Positions 62,422 through 64,000 of a stretch of 64,000 nucleotides of DNA are shown piece by piece. The stretch comes from Octopus vulgaris. Lineage: Eukaryota. The DNA lies in contig OX597818.1 of assembly GCA_951406725.2 (NCBI GenBank), forward strand, positions 119,908,001-119,972,000. Direction: 5' to 3'. Positions within the stretch are counted from its first letter, which is position 1; each line of letters begins with the position of its first letter. A program made the position numbers and the translations under genes. The notes beneath the pieces are model-generated. The model saw only the letters and a list, made by a program, of their open reading frames with translations, was not told the DNA's origin and did not search any database.

Positions 62422-62507
62422 CTGAGCCTATATGTGGTGTGTATACCGGTGTTTGTGCTGTGGCTTCTGAAATGTCAAGTGCTGCCAGTTGTGTTAGGTT
62501 GAATTCT
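62422..62507 (-). CDS. NUP160: Nucleoporin Nup160 exon (EFNLTQLAALDISEA); gene continues beyond the window
   Basis: TTTTCTAG acceptor, GTCAGT donor, 86 nt, phase-consistent with the next exon. Confidence 0.82.
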
Positions 62508-63149
62508 CTAGAAAACAAAATTTCAAATCAGTTGCATATTTTAAATTATCACCCACCAAAATATAAGATATTTGAAACAAAACAAGTTCTACATTTCAAA
62601 CACAGCCATTATGGACTACATTCTCCTCCATCTTATTTTTAAATTTTCAGTACAAGGCCTTCCACTACACATAATATGCATAATTTTCTTTGACTGTACC
62701 AGAGACTTGAATTATTTTCTCACAGTATTTTATTAAAAATTTCATATTGTATGTACACACACACAAACATATACACAGATACATACTGACACCCAGTAAG
62801 AACAAAATAGTTCTTACTAAAGCAGTATGCAGTACATTTGTGTGTCCAAAGCTTGGTCAAGCTAGAATTAAATAATGTCAAAGAAGCAGCTCTGAATAAA
62901 ATAATTCATGTAGAGTCGTATTTAACAAGTTTGATAAAACCATCTGTTGTGGAAATAGTCTAGAGAGAAGGAACAAAATTATTTTTACAGCATCTTAATC
63001 TATATTCATTTCTGCAAATTTCAGAGAAATTTTGCAAAGAAGAGAATGTGTTAAAAAGAAACTTGCTTCAGGTACAAGAGGGTAGAAAGCTTCTGCTGTA
63101 AAATGAATTTCCTGTTACAGCCTTCAAACAATTAAACTAATAAAAAAAT

Positions 63150-63560
63150 GAGTGGCTGTGTGGTAAGTAGCTTGCTTACGAACCACATGGTCCCGGGTTC
63201 AGTCCCACTACGTGGCACCTTGGGCAAGTGTCTTCTACTATAGCCTCGGGCCGACCAAAGCCTTGTGAGTGGATTTGGTAGACGGAAACTGAAAGAAGCC
63301 CATCGTCCATATGTATATATATGCATATGCATGTGTGTGTATATGTTTGTGTGTCTGTGATTGTCTCCCCAACATCGCTTGACAACTGATGGTGGTGTGT
63401 TTACGTCTCCGTAACTTCGCGGTTCGGCAAAAGAGACCAATAGAATAAGTACTAGGCTTACAAAGAATAAGTCCTGGGGTCGATTTGCTCGACTAAAGGC
63501 GGTGCTCCAGCATGGCCACAGTCAAATGACTGAAACAAGTAAAAGAGTAAAAAGAGAGTA
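63150..63560 (+). mobile_element. Family A SINE
   Basis: Near full-length copy with GAGTAAAA tail repeats. Confidence 0.9.
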
Positions 63561-64000
63561 AAAGAGTATATATACATACACTGTATTTGCTGGGCTTGGC
63601 AATGCAACGGTAGACATCACCCACTTCAGAACAAGGTAACACCGGAAATTGAGGATCACTTGAGGCATTAAATTGATCTGTAGAGACCAACATTGTCCAC
63701 TTCCACAATGAGCCTGGAATTAGAGTTCATTAGAATTGGTCAGAGAAGTAATGGTCTTGAGTTTATACATAGAAACTTCTTATGATGACTTTTATGCTGT
63801 ATACAACATGCAAGAGATCATTTGAGAGTATAATGTGCTTGGTAAAAGAAGTTTAGGGCAAATTTTGGTATTCAAGTACTCAGCTGCTTTAGGAGAAGTT
63901 ATTGATTTCTTAAAGCATAATCGTATATCACATATAAAATAGTTTTTAAAAAAAAATTAATATCATTTCTTCACTGCCCACAAGGGACTACACACAGAGG

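Noticed and set aside
62508-64000. Next upstream NUP160 exon
   Set aside because: No phase-compatible Nup160-like exon found; it probably lies beyond the window.

Overview
AT-rich, repeat-dense animal genomic DNA. The SINE families and (TA)n/(CA)n microsatellite load look like an octopus/cephalopod genome; this is my inference, not a database result. Three intron-containing protein-coding genes lie on the minus strand. (1) The 3' 17 exons (~667 codons) of nucleoporin NUP160 (62507->34029), all with consistent splice phases and including one U12-type minor intron (57734-59741). (2) A complete ~579-aa bHLH transcription factor of the TCFL5/SOHLH type (26109->11524) with a CDE/CHR + CRE + ETS-like promoter. 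(3) The first coding exon of an unidentified gene (3765->~3482). Nearly all other ORFs in the supplied track are artefacts of SINEs and microsatellites. The rest is transposon-derived: several tRNA-derived SINE families, RTE LINE ends, decayed mariner/Tc1, piggyBac, hAT, Helitron and Helentron-type elements, and TTAA MITEs. The most unusual signal is a set of unrelated short elements that carry minimal hammerhead-ribozyme cores (CUGANGA...GAAA-palindrome-UH). Several sit in inverted (fold-back) arrangements, some with 12-14 bp target-site duplications, as expected for Penelope-like retrotransposition. One is a tRNA-headed, hammerhead-tailed fold-back element inside the NUP160 minor intron.
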